From Takakia lepidozioides (lineage: Eukaryota; Plantae; Bryophyta): DNA of 64,000 nt. This document shows positions 63,447 through 64,000 of the stretch, one piece after another (the first letter of the stretch is position 1; the number at the start of each line of letters is the position of its first letter). The DNA is taken from contig CM060731.1 of NCBI GenBank assembly GCA_030704615.1, positions 6,200,001 through 6,264,000 of the forward strand, read 5' to 3'. A program made the translations under genes and the position numbers. The notes beneath the pieces were generated by a model that made no database searches, was not told the DNA's origin, and worked only from the letters and a program-made list of their open reading frames with translations.

Positions 63447-64000
63447 ATGAGTGTGGTAGGGCTGGATGTGGGAAATGAAAACTGTATCGTGGGGGTGGCA
63501 AGGCAGCGGGGCATTGATGTGGTGCTGAATGATGAGTCGAAGCGGGAGACCCCCGCCATGGTTTCGTTTGGTGACAAGCAGCGGTTTATTGGTATCGCTG
63601 CAGCCGCATCAATCACCATGAACCCTACGAATACAATTTTCCAGATGAAACGTCTGATTGGGAGAAAATTCAACGATCCCGAGGTGCAGAGAGATCTGAG
63701 GCTATTCCCATTTTCTGTTTCGGAGGGACCGGATGGTGGCGTGCTGATAAATGTGCAGTATCTTGGTGAAACGCGAAGTTTCACGCCCACTCAAATCCTG
63801 GGGATGATTCTGTCAAACTTGAAGACTATTGCAGAAAAGAATTTGGGAACCTCTGTTGTAGATTGTGTCATTGGAATACCTGTCTATTTCACCGAGCTCC
63901 AGCGCCGTGCATATCTAGATGCGGCTCAGGTTGCTGGCCTTCGGCCACTGCGCCTCATGCACGAGACTACAGCTACTGCTCTCGCGTACGGAATATACAA
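63447..64000 (+). CDS. HSP110/SSE-type Hsp70 (HSP70-14/15/16-like), 5' part; runs off the window
   Basis: MSVVGLDVGNENCIVGVARQRGIDVVLNDESKRETP...DCVIGIPVYFTELQRRAYLDAAQVAGLRPLRLMHETTATALAYGIY. Confidence 0.95.
   Translation, partial: MSVVGLDVGNENCIVGVARQRGIDVVLNDESKRETPAMVSFGDKQRFIGIAAAASITMNPTNTIFQMKRLIGRKFNDPEVQRDLRLFPFSVSEGPDGGVLINVQYLGETRSFTPTQILGMILSNLKTIAEKNLGTSVVDCVIGIPVYFTELQRRAYLDAAQVAGLRPLRLMHETTATALAYGIY

Noticed and set aside
63118-63790. Minus-strand and upstream ORFs around the Hsp70 start
   Set aside because: UTR or antisense shadows; the real frame starts at 63447 and is missing from the ORF track because it has no stop within the window.

Overview
Eukaryotic (land-plant, probably seed-free) nuclear DNA with spliceosomal introns. 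Apparently intact host genes: IMPDH (-), a PLS-type DYW PPR editing factor (-), a 7-exon epoxide hydrolase whose introns are packed with LINE copies (-), BRE/BRCC45 (-) head-to-head with NTF2 (+), and the 5' start of an HSP110-type Hsp70 (+). Between them lie transposon relics: Harbinger Myb and nuclease genes, a Tourist-like MITE and an RTE-X-like LINE family that appears to target CT-rich sites. There is also a run of co-oriented gene fragments (CobW, PPR, ELF5, AVT3), plus truncated TRS33 and LRR-RLK copies. The most unusual object is a ~8.9 kb Mutator-like element (about 5447-14308). Besides a WRKY/GCM-like, DDE and SWIM transposase, it carries a ParB/Srx-fold gene (DGNHR motif) flanked by arrays of a ~116-bp unit (about 21 copies in three arrays) whose best-conserved part is a 34-36 bp palindrome. 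This is a ParB plus parS-like layout inside a plant transposon. All calls are by eye from motifs and manual splicing; no database searches were run.
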